Of a DNA stretch of 64,000 nucleotides, positions 49,138 through 61,982 are shown piece after piece. This DNA is from Azolla caroliniana. Taxonomy: Eukaryota; Plantae; Polypodiophyta. The notes beneath the pieces were generated by a model. The model saw nothing but the letters and a program-made list of their open reading frames with translations. It made no database searches and was not told where the DNA came from. The position numbers and the translations under genes are program-made. Location: NCBI GenBank assembly GCA_043228905.1, contig JBHGNT010000018.1, positions 7,812,001-7,876,000 on the forward strand. The letters run 5' to 3'. Each line of letters begins with the position of its first letter. Position 1 is the stretch's first letter.

Positions 49138-50266
49138 TGGCTCACCGCCCAATGAATCCTAAGCCACAAAAAGAAGGAAATAGAAGATCTTCTGCACAAA
49201 ACAGAAACCCACCTTCTAACTATCAGCGCTCCCATCACTCCTCCCCCTCACTTTCTCCCCCATCCTATCATAGAGCTCCAGCCCACCACAACCACCAGCC
49301 TCCTTCCCACGAACCTACTCTAGCGATGCCGATCTTCATCTCTACTGCTTTACACCGATGGTTCGTGGAGAAACGCCTTGATGGGTACATCCGGGTCGCA
49401 AAGGCACCCCCACACCCGGATACCATGGACATCACCAAAAAGCTTAACATCGACACGGTCACCAACTCTTCCATCCGGAAAAAGTTGAACCTATCATCAC
49501 TAGGCGAAAGTCATTTTGAAATCCCTCTTGCAGAGGCGCTGCAGAGATATTTCGGGCCATATTCCTCCTTCGCCAAGGCCTATAGAACGAAGCAGATCCG
49601 AGATCCCTTCTTCCGTGAAGTTGCCAAGTTCCTATTAGAGGTCGGTTGCGTACATGTCAACGCATATGGGATGCCCAAGCAGAAAGCGGGCATCATTATC
49701 GATACCTTTGAAGGGCGTGCGGTCGATTGGGGGGTGATCACATGGCCGGCGTTAAGGGAAGTCCTGCATGCGTATCAGGTAGGCAAAAAGCTCAGGCCTA
49801 TCATACAACAATACCTTATGGTGCTATTCCCACCCCGAAACCTGCCGACACCGCAGCCCAGGCGACCCACGCCCCCGCTCCGATCCGCGAAGCGTAGGTT
49901 AGCGGAGTTAGCGTCCCCAGAGTGGGAAGAGGAACCCCAACCCGCCCAGCCAGACACACGAACGCATCGCGGAGTTGGAAGCCAACGCGACTACGGCGCA
50001 ACACGCAACTCCGCCACCAAACCACGCCATCGACGCTTTGAAGGAAGAAATTGAGGCTCAGACCACCATCGCCTCAAAAGCGAAAAGGGTCGTGCAACTA
50101 GCGGAATCAGAAATTGACCGCCTTCAAGTTGAACTGCGCCAATCCTCAGACAGAGAAAAGGATATCTGGGCCTTATTGGAGAAAACCCTTGAAGAGAAAC
50201 TCGCTACGGAGGTAGCTCAGCACACCCGGACAAAAGACGAAAACGCCCAATTACGGGATGAAGCGA
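49138..50266 (+). pseudogene. Gypsy B copy 2 extra ORF (conserved N-terminal domain, partial coiled coil)
   Basis: YFGPYSSFAKAYRT...FREVAKFLLEVG...TFEGRAVDW...GKK...QQYLMVLFPP aligns with Gypsy D ~12570-12860. Confidence 0.85.
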
Positions 50267-53049
50267 ATGGCAACGGTTGTGTGCGTCTTCCATCGACTTC
50301 TGGAGATTTGCAATTTCCTGCTGTTTAATGGCTACCGCTTCCTCATACGTGGCCTTTAGGCCCGCCCACAGCTGAAATTCCTTTGCATGTTGTTCTTCTA
50401 ATTTCCCCATCTCATTGTTTAGGCGGATTTCGAGCTTATGCCTTCTGTCTTGTTCGACCACCAACTGCTCATCGAACCATACCTTCTTTTTTTCTAATAA
50501 GGCCCGAAGTCCTGTTATTTGCGCCTCTGATTTCTTCGCGTCCTCTTGTAATTGTGCGTTGTTGTCCTTTGTCCGGATGTGCCGAGCTACCTCCGTAGCT
50601 AGTTTTTCTTCAAGAGTTTTTACTGCCTTCCGTCCGTTAGCCCGTATCTCCTTTTCTCTGTTTGAGGATTGGCGTAGTTCTGCGCGAAGACAGTCAATTT
50701 CGGATTCTGCTAGCTGCACGGCCCTTTTTGCTTTTGAGGCAATCGCGGTCTGAGCCTCGATTTCTTCTTTTAGAGCGTCGATGACATGGTTCGGTGGCGG
50801 GGTTGCGTGTTGCACCGTAGTCGCGTGAGCTTCCAACATGGCGATGCATGCGTTGGCTTTTTGCAGTTCGGCTTCGGTCAGTTTAACCTTCTTCCAAACA
50901 TTCTTATTTTCTTTGGCCATCTGCTTGGCGCCCGTGCTGACCTTTGCCAGTTCCAGATGGACTTCGACTAGGGCCATGTTTAAGGGTGGTATCTCCATCC
51001 CCTGGCGTTCCTCTGTCTGCCGACCCTGGCTAGCCGGTCCTCATCGTCGCTCTCCGTTGTTTGTGTTAGGGCGCGCTCGATCATCTGGCGTTCCGCATGC
51101 TCCGCGGCCATTCATTGGGCGGCTTTGACCTGTTGTGTTGCCAGGAACTCCATGAGCTCAAAAGAAGTACCGAACTGCAAGAGGGCGCTGAACTCGTGGG
51201 CCGTATCCAGGATATCCGAATATGCAAAAACCTCGCTTTCCACCATCAATACGGCTTTCCGTCGTTGGGACGGAATTGTAATAATCGGTCGTGGCTCCCG
51301 GATGATTTCGAAGGTGGTATTCGGTTCCGCTGTTGTGGTGCCTTTGCCTTCGGTCGATGTCTCCGTTGCCGTGGGGGCGTTTTTTACCAACCCCCACCAA
51401 TCTTTCCTGTCCAATCTGCGCCGTTTTGGTCTGGGGCTTTCCCGTCGTGTTTCGGTGTCTGGTTCTGGGGCTACTTCCCTGGAGCGTCTCGGTTGTTCCT
51501 CCTGCGTTGTCCATGTGTCCGGCTAGTCGGTAGGAGGTGTTGTCCTTGGGTCTGGCTAGGCCGATTGGGGTTCCTCTTCCCACTCTCGGTGCGGGGTCGT
51601 GGGTTGGTTGGGTTGCGGTGCTGGTAGGCCTCAGGGTGGAAATAGTACCGTAAGGTATTGTTGGATGATTAGCCTGAGCTTTTTGCTTGCTTGGTACGCA
51701 TGCAAGCCTTCCCTTAACGTTGGCCCTGTGATGACCCCCCAGTCGACGGCACGCCCTTCAAAGGTATCGATGATGATGCCCGCTTTCTGCTTAGGCATCC
51801 CATATGCGTTGACATGTACGCAGCTGACTTCTAGCAGGAACTTGGCAACTTCACGGAAGAAGGGATCCGGAATTTGTTTTGTTCTATAGGCCTTGGCAGA
51901 GGAGGAATATGGCCCAAAATACCGCTACAACGCCTCTGCAAGAGGTATTTCGAAATGTCTTAGGGTTAGGGTTCATTGGGTGGTGAGGCATCGTGGTGCC
52001 GCGTGTTCTTGAACTAGGAGTTTGTGCATGCCTTTAGTCGTTTTAATAGTTACTATCTTCTCTCTCTTTTTTTCTTTTTTTTTTCCTTTTTTTTTCTTTT
52101 TTTTTTCCTTTTTTTTTCTTTTTTTTTTGTAACGGTTATTAACCACCTATTTTTACATTATAGTACAAATGGGGTTGTCCATTTTACGTTGCGGGTTCCC
52201 CGACTCTGTCCCGTTCGGGGGTGAATGGGTTAGGTGGCGTAGGGCCCAGGTAAGGTTTGAGCCGATATCCATTCACCTTTTGCCGTAATTCTTCCCCAGC
52301 CAGCGTTCCTAGTTGGAACGTGCCTTGTTCCGCTCCAATTATCCAGTATGGGCCGGTCCAATGGAAACGTAACTTCCCCGGCATATGGCCCATGCGCGTT
52401 TGAAAAACTAGCACCGCTCGGCCCACGGCGAACACCTTTTCCCTTGCGTTCCAATGTCGATCCACAAATGCTTTACGCCGTCGTTGTTCCTGTTCCAACA
52501 CAGCCATGTTGTGGACGCGTTTTTCCCCTAGTTCGAGGAGCTGGTAGAGTTGTACCTCCTCCGACTTGGTTTCTGATAATCGGTTCCGTACCTGAATGCG
52601 CAAACTCGGTACCTGAAATTCGACCGGCATCACAGCCTCCAGTCCAAACGCTAGTCTGAACGGTGTTGACTGTATGCTTGTTTTGTAACTAGTTCTGTAC
52701 GCCCATAACACACTCTGTAGTTTGGTATCCCAGTCCGTTCTATTTTCATTGACAGTTTTCTTCAAAATGGTCTGTAATGTCTTGTTCGTGGATTCTGCTA
52801 ATCCATTCGCTTGTGGATAATATGGCGTGCTCTTCTTGTGGACTACGGCGTAATGATTTGTTAGTTCTCGAACCACCGTATTGAGAAAGTGACTCCCTTG
52901 GTCATTGATGAGCTCAATCGAACAGCCGAACCGGCACCAGATGTGCTCGTAAAGGAATTTGGTTGTGACGGCCGCCGTATTTTCACGTAGTGCCTTTGCT
53001 TCTACCCATTTGGTGCAGTAATCCGTGGCTACCAATATGTATTTGTTGC

Positions 53050-56000
53050 TGTAGAAAGTAGCGTGCGGAAGCAAGTATGAAGACCGAACAGAAGGAAGGA
53101 AACTCAGGTTTAATGGAGAGTTTGAGCTTACGCAGTATACGCGGGAGAGACAGATACAATGAAAGAGAGAGAAAACACAAGAACTATATTCAACAACAGT
53201 ACTCAATCTCTATTCACCACGCTATACATATGTGTGTTCAATGAACACTTTTATACAAATCCTAGAAGGACTGACAGAAGTACTGACAGTACTTCAATGC
53301 TCATTAAGAGCTCCTACACTAACTCCCAAATATATTCCTCACAAAATATCTTTCCTAACGGCCTCCCGGTTTACGCACCGATCCGGCCCTACCTACACAC
53401 CGGTCTGCGTACCGGTTTACGCATTCGGCCTAACCGATCGATCCCAACCGATCCGGTCCTCGGCTTCTTCAGCCGATCCAACCGATGTTGAGCTTGTCTC
53501 TCAACACTCCCCCTCAAGCTCAACTTGAGGCTCTTCGGGATCTTCGGGCACATAGCTTCAGTTCCTCCTGGCTTCACGCCTCACTCGCACTCCACGACCT
53601 GTTCGACTCCGAGCGCTTCGACCCTTCCGGTCGGCTTGTCTGCTCATGTGGCCCTTATCAGCTCTTCTGCTATTGCGGTGTTGACGCTTCTCCTACTGCC
53701 TTTTCTTCCGTTTGGGCCTCGGTTGATTCAGCGTATCTGAATCAAACATCCGAACCGACTCGGCTACCTCCGATCGGTTTTCGCTCTCGTCCGAGTTGGT
53801 TGTCTCCAACTTGTCTTCGGTCTTCTCACCCTCGATGGCGTCATCTTCCCCATGCGTGGTTGGCTTCGGCTCTCTCCTTCGGCGGTTCCCCTTCTGTCCG
53901 CTTCCGGACTTTTCCGCGGGTCCGCCCTCGGCTTCTTCAGCCGATCCGAAGTCGAACTCGACAACCTAGTCAACCGACTCGGTGTCGCAGTCTTGGTCGT
54001 TCGGGACTGTTCTCCCCCTCAAGTTTGGCACGTAGAGGTGACGCAACCCGAGCGCACCTGAGAATTTCCGCAACTTGTCCGGACCAAGAGGCTTGGTGAA
54101 GATGTCGGCAGTCTGCCGATCCATCGGCACGTACTGAAGTTCGATTTCACCGGAAAGGACACACTCACGGACGAAATGTTAGTGCACCTCAATGTGCTTG
54201 GTCCGTGCGTGGAAAACGGGTTTTTCGCGAGCTGGATGCTGCTGAGATTGTCGCAGTAGATCGTCGTCGGATCTGACACCTCCTCTTGCAGGTCCCTAAG
54301 TAGCCGCTTCAACCATATGGCTTCGCATGTCGCGACAGCTGCTCCTCGGTACTCAGCTTCGGTGCTCCACAGTGCAACTGTCGGCTGCTTCTTACTGCTC
54401 CACGCGATCGCGGCACTCCCGAGGGAGAACACGTATCCGGACGTGGATCGGCGATCGGCAGCGTTGCCAGCCCAATCAACATCGGTGTAGCCGACTAACT
54501 GCACAGTTGCACCGGTCCGATATAGCAGTCCCTGGTCCTTAGTGCCGTTGACATACCGAAGTATGCGTTGCGCACACTGAAGGTGCTCCTCGGTAGGTCG
54601 TGCCATGAACTGACTGATCACTCTGACCGGATAACTGAGGTTGGGACGGGTGATGGTCAAGTATATGAGGCTTCCGACAATTTGTCGGAACCTCGTCGGG
54701 TCGCATACCTTTCCCGTATCGGGATGAAGCTTGACGGTTCTGTCTAGAGGAGTCGAGACGGACTTACAGTCGGCCATCCCGAATTTGAAGAGCATACTCA
54801 GCACATAATGACGTTGGTTGATCAATATGCCTTCGGGGGTACGGATCACTTCGATCCCGAGGAAGTAATGAAGGTCCCCCAGATCCTTCATGTCGAACGA
54901 TGCCGCAAGCTGGAGCTTCACGCGGTCGATTTCACCTAGGTCGGCGTCGGTGATGACCAAGTCATCAACATATAGTAAAATACTAACCAGTCCAAGTCGA
55001 CCTTTCCAGATGAATAGGGAAGAGTCCGATTTTGACGTGACGAAGCCCATCCGATGCAGTTCTTGCGTGATCTTCGCGTTCCAGGCACGCGGGGCTTGCT
55101 TCAGTCCGTAAAGGGACTTCTTCAGTCGGCATACTGCCGAGGAGTTCGTTCCGGAGTGAAATCCGGGGGGTTGTACCATGTACACCTGTTCCTCAAGGTC
55201 ACCTTGTAGGAATGCTTTCTTTACATCCATCTGATGTAAGTGCCACCCCTTCACCGCAGCTACTACGAGCAAAACACAGACGGTCGTCATTTTCGCGACC
55301 GGCACAAACGTCTCATCGTAGTCGATGTCGTGTTTCTGTGCGTAGCCCTTTGCCACTAGCCGAGCCTTGTACTGGTTGACCGAGCCATCAGTGTTGTACT
55401 TGACCTTGTACACCCACCTACACCCGATCGTTTTTACCCCCCTTAGTGCGTCAACCAGGTCCCAGGTCTCGTTCTCCGCCAATGTGTGCATCTCTTCCTC
55501 CATCGCGTCTTTAGCCGCTTCTGCGTAGCTCTTTGGCTCACGCACTTCCGCTACACGGGTGATGTACACATAATGATGCGCCATGTACTCGTTGTATCCG
55601 AACCGCAAAACAGGATTCTTCTGGCGGATAGACCGGCATAATCTCACATTAGCCGATGTTGAGGCCTTCTCGGTCGACGCGGTCTTCACCTTTAAAGACC
55701 CGTCACCGGTTCCCTCGGAGTCGAACTCGCGTCAGTCTGACTCGTTCCTATCCGTGCCGGAATCCGACACCTTCTTCTTCCCTTTCTCTTTGCGCGTAAG
55801 CCGTCTCCTCGGCTTCCTGCGCGGGGAATGCACGGCCGAGTCTCCACTACTCGCCGGCTCTTCATCGGACTCGTCGTACCGACTCAGTCATCCAATCGGT
55901 CCACTTAAACGGAGTGAAATCGGACTCTCTTCGCGGGTCTCGATTTCGGGCTCATCCGGAGGCATCTCGGCCTCGCTGACCTCATCGTCAGAACTCGGAT

Positions 56001-58815
56001 TGGAGTCGGGGTTCGGAGTCGGGGGCTGGTACCAGGATGCGGACTCGTCAACCACAACATCGCGGCTAACACGCACTTGTTTGGTGCGAGGGTTATAGCA
56101 CTTATAACCCTTCTGCTCGTCCGAGTAACCAACCAAGATGCATTTCTCGGCCTTTGCGTCCAGCTTCCTCCTTTTCTCCTTCGGTACATGCACATACGCA
56201 ATGCTACCGAACACCCTCAAGTGTCGCAAGTTCGGCTTCATTCCGAAATATAGCTCGTACGCCGACACTTTGTCTCCGATCCGGTTCTGGATGTATACCG
56301 CGGTCCTTACCGCCTCAGCCCAGTAGAACTTGGGCAAGCTCTTCTCCTCCAACATTGCCCGTGCCGCTTCCACAACTGACCGATTCTTCCTCTCAGCCAC
56401 GCAATTCTGCTCCAGCGTGTATCTACAATTGAATTCGCGCTGAATTCCCATTTGTTGTAGATAACCGTTGAATTGACCAGAAAAGTACTCTTTCCTGCCA
56501 TCCGACCGCAGGCACTTGATCTTTCGTCCCGTTTCCGTTTCCGCGAACCCTTTGAGGTCCCGGAAACAGTCGAAGACTTCGCTCTTCCTCTCAATGAGGT
56601 AGATCCACGTGTGCCACGTGTGGTCGTCGATGAAGGAGACGAAATATCGGCTCCCGCCAAGACTAACGTTTTGTGCCAGCCCCCACACATCGGAGTGTAT
56701 AAGGTCGAGCTTGTTCCGGCTCCGGTTTCGCTCGTTGGGGAAAGGAAGTCAGTGTTCCTTCCCGAGCTGGCAGGCTTCAGAAATTTGTGCCTTTCAGCCA
56801 CTAAATTTGGGCAATCCGAACATTACCTGTTTCGATTGCAGATCTTGAAGCCACTGGTAGTGGACGTGGCCTATCCGCTTGTGCCACAAGTCGATGTCCG
56901 ACTCGGTTTTTCTTCCCTTTGCGAACATTGCGGTGCCGCCGTCAGTGGAGTTGAGGTTGAACATCCTCTCGTCTCTGCGCCCTTGCGCAATCACATGGCC
57001 TTCTTCCTCAATGAAGCACCCGAGGTGTGTAAACCAAACCTCCATCCCTTGGTCGACGATCTGTCCGACCGAGACCAAGTTCTTCGTGATTGTCGGAACG
57101 TGCAGCACGTTCATGAGTTTCCCTTTCTGCCCAACATGGCTAAGGGGAACTTCTCCGACATTCGCGATCGGATGCGGAGTGTCGTCTCCAGTTGCGACTA
57201 CTCCAGGATGTATCGGTTTTTCAAGGTACGAGAACCACTCCTTATGGCTCGTCATGTGGTTTGACGCGCCGGAGTCTACGTACCACACCTCGTCCGATCT
57301 CGGGGTAGTTTGTTTCATTGAGTTTGCTTCGTGTCTCGTCATGAAGGCAGACCCTTCTCCGGCTCTCCCGGAGTCTTCGGCGTAGTGCGATCGCTGCCGA
57401 TTTCCCTTGTCGGTATGTCCGGAGCCATTTCCGGAACCGGTTCTCTCCGAATCGGCGCGCTTCTTCCAGCACTCACTTTCCCTGTCGCCTTTCTTGCCAC
57501 AGTACCAGCACTCTGCAATGGCCTTCCCTTGCCGGTTCTCATCGCTTCGACTCCCCCTGTTTCCGGAGGGTCCGGAGTTGCTGTCGGCATCACTTCGGTG
57601 CCTTCTTCCTTGATCTCGTCGACCGCCTCCATTGCGCGCCGACTCGCCTCGTCCTCCACGTCCACGGGCCCTATCTCCCTCCGTGTACAGCATTCTATTG
57701 TCGGTCTGTGTGCTTGTAGACGCACCCGCGTGGTTCTCCTCTACCAGGAGCATTGACTGTAAGTCAAAAAAGGACGGCGTATTCTCCCGGGTACACACAG
57801 CCGTTCGGAACGCTCTGAACTTCGACGCCAAACCTCCGAGACAGATCTGGACCATCTCGCTCTCCTCGATGTTCACCTCTATGGAGGTGAGGGAGTCGCA
57901 GATATCCTTGATCTTCGAGGTATAGTCCGCCACCGACAAGTCGCGTTGTCGTAGGTTGCTCAACTCCTGTTGGAGCTGAAGCTTCCTGGTTGTGGTGCTC
58001 GCGGCGAAAATCTTCTTCAGATTTTCGCACGCACCCTTCAGCGTCTTTGCATCCCGAACATAGCTCAATAGTTGTTCGCCCACACACGACGCGAAGCAGT
58101 ATAATACCCTGCTCGCCGATTGCTCCCACGACGGGAAGTCTCTGTGTGTCGATTCGGGTGCCGCGTCATTAGCTCCTTCGACATAACTCCAGTAGCCGTG
58201 CCCGAGCAAGTACTGGTGCATCTTGTAGGACCAAGACACGTAGTTGGTTCTGTCGAGCTTCTCTGTTAGAAGCGAGCTCACCATGCCTCTATCCATCGTT
58301 CTTCTTGTTCTTCTTCGTCAAGCTATGTCGGCTGCAGGGAGGTTCTCAACCCTCGCGCTCTGATACCATGTAGAAAGTAGCGTGCGGAAGCAAGTACGAA
58401 GACCGAACAGAAGGAAGGAAACTCAGGTTTAATGGAGAGCTTGAGCTTACGCAGTATACACGGGAGAGACAGAGACAGTGAGAGAGAGAGAGAAAACACA
58501 AGAACTATATTCAACAACAGTACTCAATCTCTATTCACCACGCTATACTTATGTGTGTTCAATGAACACTTTTATACAAGTCCTAGAAGGACTGACAGTA
58601 CTTCAATGCTCATTAAGAGCTCCTACACTAACTCCCAAATATATTCCTCACAGAATATCTTTCCTAACGGCCTCCCGGTTTATGCACCGATCCGGCCCTA
58701 CCTACGCACCGGTTTGCATACCGGTTTACGCATTTGGCCTAACCGATCAGTCCCAACCGATCCGGTCCTCGGCTTCTTTAGCCGATCCGGACGATGTTGA
58801 GCTTGTCTCTCAACA
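53050..58815 (-). mobile_element. Copia F, full-length element of a lineage distinct from A/G/H
   Basis: LTRs 53050-53506 and 58369-58815, TSD GTTGC, PBS TGGTATCAGAGC 58357-58368, PPT TTGAGGGGGAG 53507-53517. Confidence 0.97.
54019..58296 (-). pseudogene. Copia F gag-pol with stops and frameshifts
   Basis: gag NYVSWSYKM, WYVDSGASNHMT, integrase, RT LLYVDDL, RNase H GYTDVDWAG. Confidence 0.92.
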
Positions 58816-59424
58816 GTTGCCCGTACGGGCCGCCGCTGGTGTGAAGGGCCCTACAAAATCCAATCCCCACTTTTGGAAGGGGTCTAACGGTAATACGGGC
58901 TGGTGTGGCATCCTTGCGTCCTCCGAGGGTTGACCCATCCGCTGACACAAATCACACTTTCTACAATACTCGGATGCGTCCTTCTGCGTTGTTGGCCACC
59001 ATAAGCCCTCCTGCCATACTTTCCAGGCTCTCACGTCGCCCACGTAATGGTCGCCTGCCGTGCCGCAGTGTGCCTCCCGTAAAACTACTTCCTTCTCATC
59101 CTGACGGACCCCACGTCGCCAAATGCCGTCACTTCCTTTATGATATAAAATGCCTTCGACGAGGCAGAAGTGACGGCTTCGGACGGCTAGTCGTTTCTTC
59201 TCGTTCGTGCCTAATTGTGGTGGAGGTAGTCCTGTAGTTAAAAAGTACGTCATTTCCATAAGCCATCGGTCCAGAAAGCTAGATTCCGTTTTTTCTGCAA
59301 ATATCGCTACTCACAAGAAGTCGGCGTCTGGAAAATCGTTGTCGTCTTTCTGTACTGTTTCTCCATTCTCAAGTCTGCTCAAAAAATCCGCCACTGCATG
59401 TTGCATTCCTGGTCGGTGCTGAAT

Positions 59425-60185
59425 TGACAGGAACTACACGCTCCGATGAATGACGCTCGGCCACAACCGAGTCTAAAATCAAACACAGAAAAACAGGTAA
59501 GAATGCATGACACAGTGAAGAGAAGAGTACACAGGATGTTTACATGGAAAACCCAAACTAGGGGAAAAACCACGGCAGCCCACAGGTTGCAAACTATCAC
59601 TATGTTACAGTGTACAACAGTAAAGCACCGAGGCAACAACCTCGAGCTTTCTATCTTCGCCACAGGCGGCGGTTACAACAGTGGCAACGACCTCTTCCTC
59701 TCTCTCTCTCTCTCTGTACACAGTTACGTGCTCAGATCTCGCGCAGACAAAAAATAACAACAACTCCACATCACACTCAATAAGTTTGCCCTAAGTCATA
59801 TTTATACTAGTATGACTTTTCAGCTATTTACAAATATAGCCTCGATGGACTCTTAGAAACATATTTACGAATATGTCTCTCCATCCGGTGAGCACTCCTC
59901 ACCGAGTCTGCACCATCAAGCTCTCCGTAGCCGAGTACTCCTCATCCGGTTCTCACCGAGTCTGCACCATCCGGCTCTCCGAAGCCGGGTACTCCTCATC
60001 CGATTCTCACCAGGTTTGCACCATCCGGCTCTCCGTAGCCGGGTACTCCTCATCCGGTTCTCACCGGGTCTGCACCATCCGGCTCTCCGAAGCCTGGTAC
60101 TCCTCATCCGGTTTCGGCCTCGGCCGAGTTTGCTCATCAGCACTGTTCTTCTCCCTTCCCATCCGGAGGGACCTGTCTCCCAACA
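59425..60185 (-). mobile_element. Solo LTR of the Copia G family
   Basis: Starts TGTTGGGAGACAGGTCCC like 18717; TSD TGAAT on both sides; about 4 copies of the 54-bp repeat. Confidence 0.95.
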
Positions 60186-61982
60186 TGAATTACGAAATCG
60201 AATTCCTGGAGCAGCAGCATCCACCGCGCCAATTTCCCTGTCAGGGCTTGTTTCTCTACCAAATACAATAATGCCGAATGATCCACGTGGAACTTGAATT
60301 TCCTTCCTAATAAATAGTGTCGGAATTTATTGATGCTATATATCATCCCTAGCGCCTCCCGCTCAGTTGTGGAATAGTTACGCTCTACTGCTGACAATTT
60401 ACGACTCGCGTAGTATACTGGCCTGTACCAGTTTGGTTCGGTGAGCTGCATTAGTGCGCTTCCTATTGCTATGTCCAAGGCATCAACGAACACGTGGAAT
60501 GGCTTTGCCCAAACTGGTGGTTGTATGACGGGAGCCTATGTGAGCATTATCTTAAGTGCCTCATAGGCCTTATCCTCCGTTGCAGTCCATTGGAAAGGAG
60601 TCCGATGTACGGTAGCGTGTAGCGGCGTGGCGAAGTCCGCCAAATACCGTATCATCCAACTATGCCACCGTATTTGTCCTAAAAACTAGCTAAGAGATTT
60701 GGCGTTTGTCGGAGTTTTGGCTTGCATAATCGCGGAGATCTTGTTTGGGTCGACCGCTATTCCCTCTTTGCTGAATATGTGGCCTAGGAGAGTCCCGTTG
60801 GTCACGCCGAAGGCATATTTCGCGAGATTCAGGCTTAAGCGTGCGGTGCGGCAACGTTCCAGGCACAGTCGTAAGTGCATAAAATGGTCTATTGTTTCCC
60901 CATATACCACAAAGTCGTCTAGAAAAACTTGCATGAACACCGGAATTTATTCCCCAAAGATCTCTGTAATCGTTCGTTGAAATGTTGCCAGCGGTGTCTT
61001 TAGCCCGAACATCATGACGACTGCCACATAGACTCCCCAGTCCGTGACAAACGTCGTCTTCTCCTGGTCCTCGGGGTGCATGCATACCTGGTTATAGCCA
61101 CTCAAGCCATCTAAGAAACTGTACATCTCATGGCCTGCGACGGCGTCCAACACGCTATCGGTGAAGGGTAAGGGAAATGTGTCCGTAATGGTTACGGTGT
61201 TTAATTTCCGGTAATCTACGCATACCCGTATTTTGCCGTTTCTCTTTGGGACGACCACTATCGGGCTTAGCCATGTCGCTTGTTTAAGTGGTCGTATGAA
61301 CCCCGCCTTCAGGAGCTTGTCAATTTCTTCTTTCACTCGGGTCGCGTAATTGGGGTTCATGCGGTAGCGGCGCTGCTAGATGGGTTTCGCATCAGTTGCT
61401 AAATTGATCTTATGCTGATAGAACTTGGGATCTAACCCCTTCATGTCCTCGTCAGCCCAAGTGAACACATCTTTATATTCCGTGAGTAGTGCGATCATCG
61501 TGATTCTCTTAGGTGTTATACCCTTAGGTTCGGCGTGCTGCCTTCCGTAGGTACGCGAACCTTGGTGCGTCCATGCCGGAAACTGATACACTCGTGTTGC
61601 CAGCTCTGCTTGATATTTGTTGTCTGAAACCATGGTTTGCCCAGAAGCACTGGGTATGCTCCTGGGGCCTCCAAAATGAGGACGACCGTCGAGATGTCAA
61701 AGCGGTGTCCACCCACGATGATGCCTATTTTGCGAATTAACCCCAACGGTCGCACTGAGCGGGTATCTGCCATGCGGAGCCAAAATGGACACGCCTCCCA
61801 CTCGGAAATGCCTAACTACTCGCAAGTTTTCGCACTAATTACATTGACGCCTGAGCCACCTTCGATTACGCATCCAGGAACTTCCTGTCCGTGCAATATT
61901 ACTGTAATAGTCGGGTTGTGTTGATCCACCACCGGTGGTCCATCGCTGATGTCTGTTAGGTTTGTGGCGACGCTTGCCCCGG

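Larger units (their letters stand above)
35239..50266 (+). mobile_element. Gypsy B copy 2, interrupted by Gypsy E and truncated within the extra ORF
   Basis: 5' LTR 35239-35676, PBS 35681-35694, gag/PR 35728-38204, RT-RH-INT 46376-49020, extra ORF 49138-50266. NPNYA|TRVKDEI rejoins across E. Confidence 0.92.
50267..61982 (-). mobile_element. Gypsy B copy 3, interrupted by Copia F, a Copia G solo LTR and Gypsy E copy 2
   Basis: Extra ORF 50267-51991, integrase 52184-53044 and 58821-59260, RT-RH to ~61400, protease ~61520-61980. Confidence 0.9.

Noticed and set aside
52184-53206. 340-aa ORF with a novel N-terminus on an integrase
   Set aside because: Chance read-through from the Copia F LTR into Gypsy B integrase at the insertion junction.
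53458-53480. CTGAAGA on the minus strand, suggesting a hammerhead ribozyme core (also ~53930 and ~58770)
   Set aside because: It sits in a simple CGGCT/AGCCG hairpin; I found no properly placed GAAA or three-way junction.
53485-54099. 204-aa ORF antisense in the Copia F 3' UTR
   Set aside because: S/R/P-rich, starts inside the LTR and has no second copy or motif to support it.
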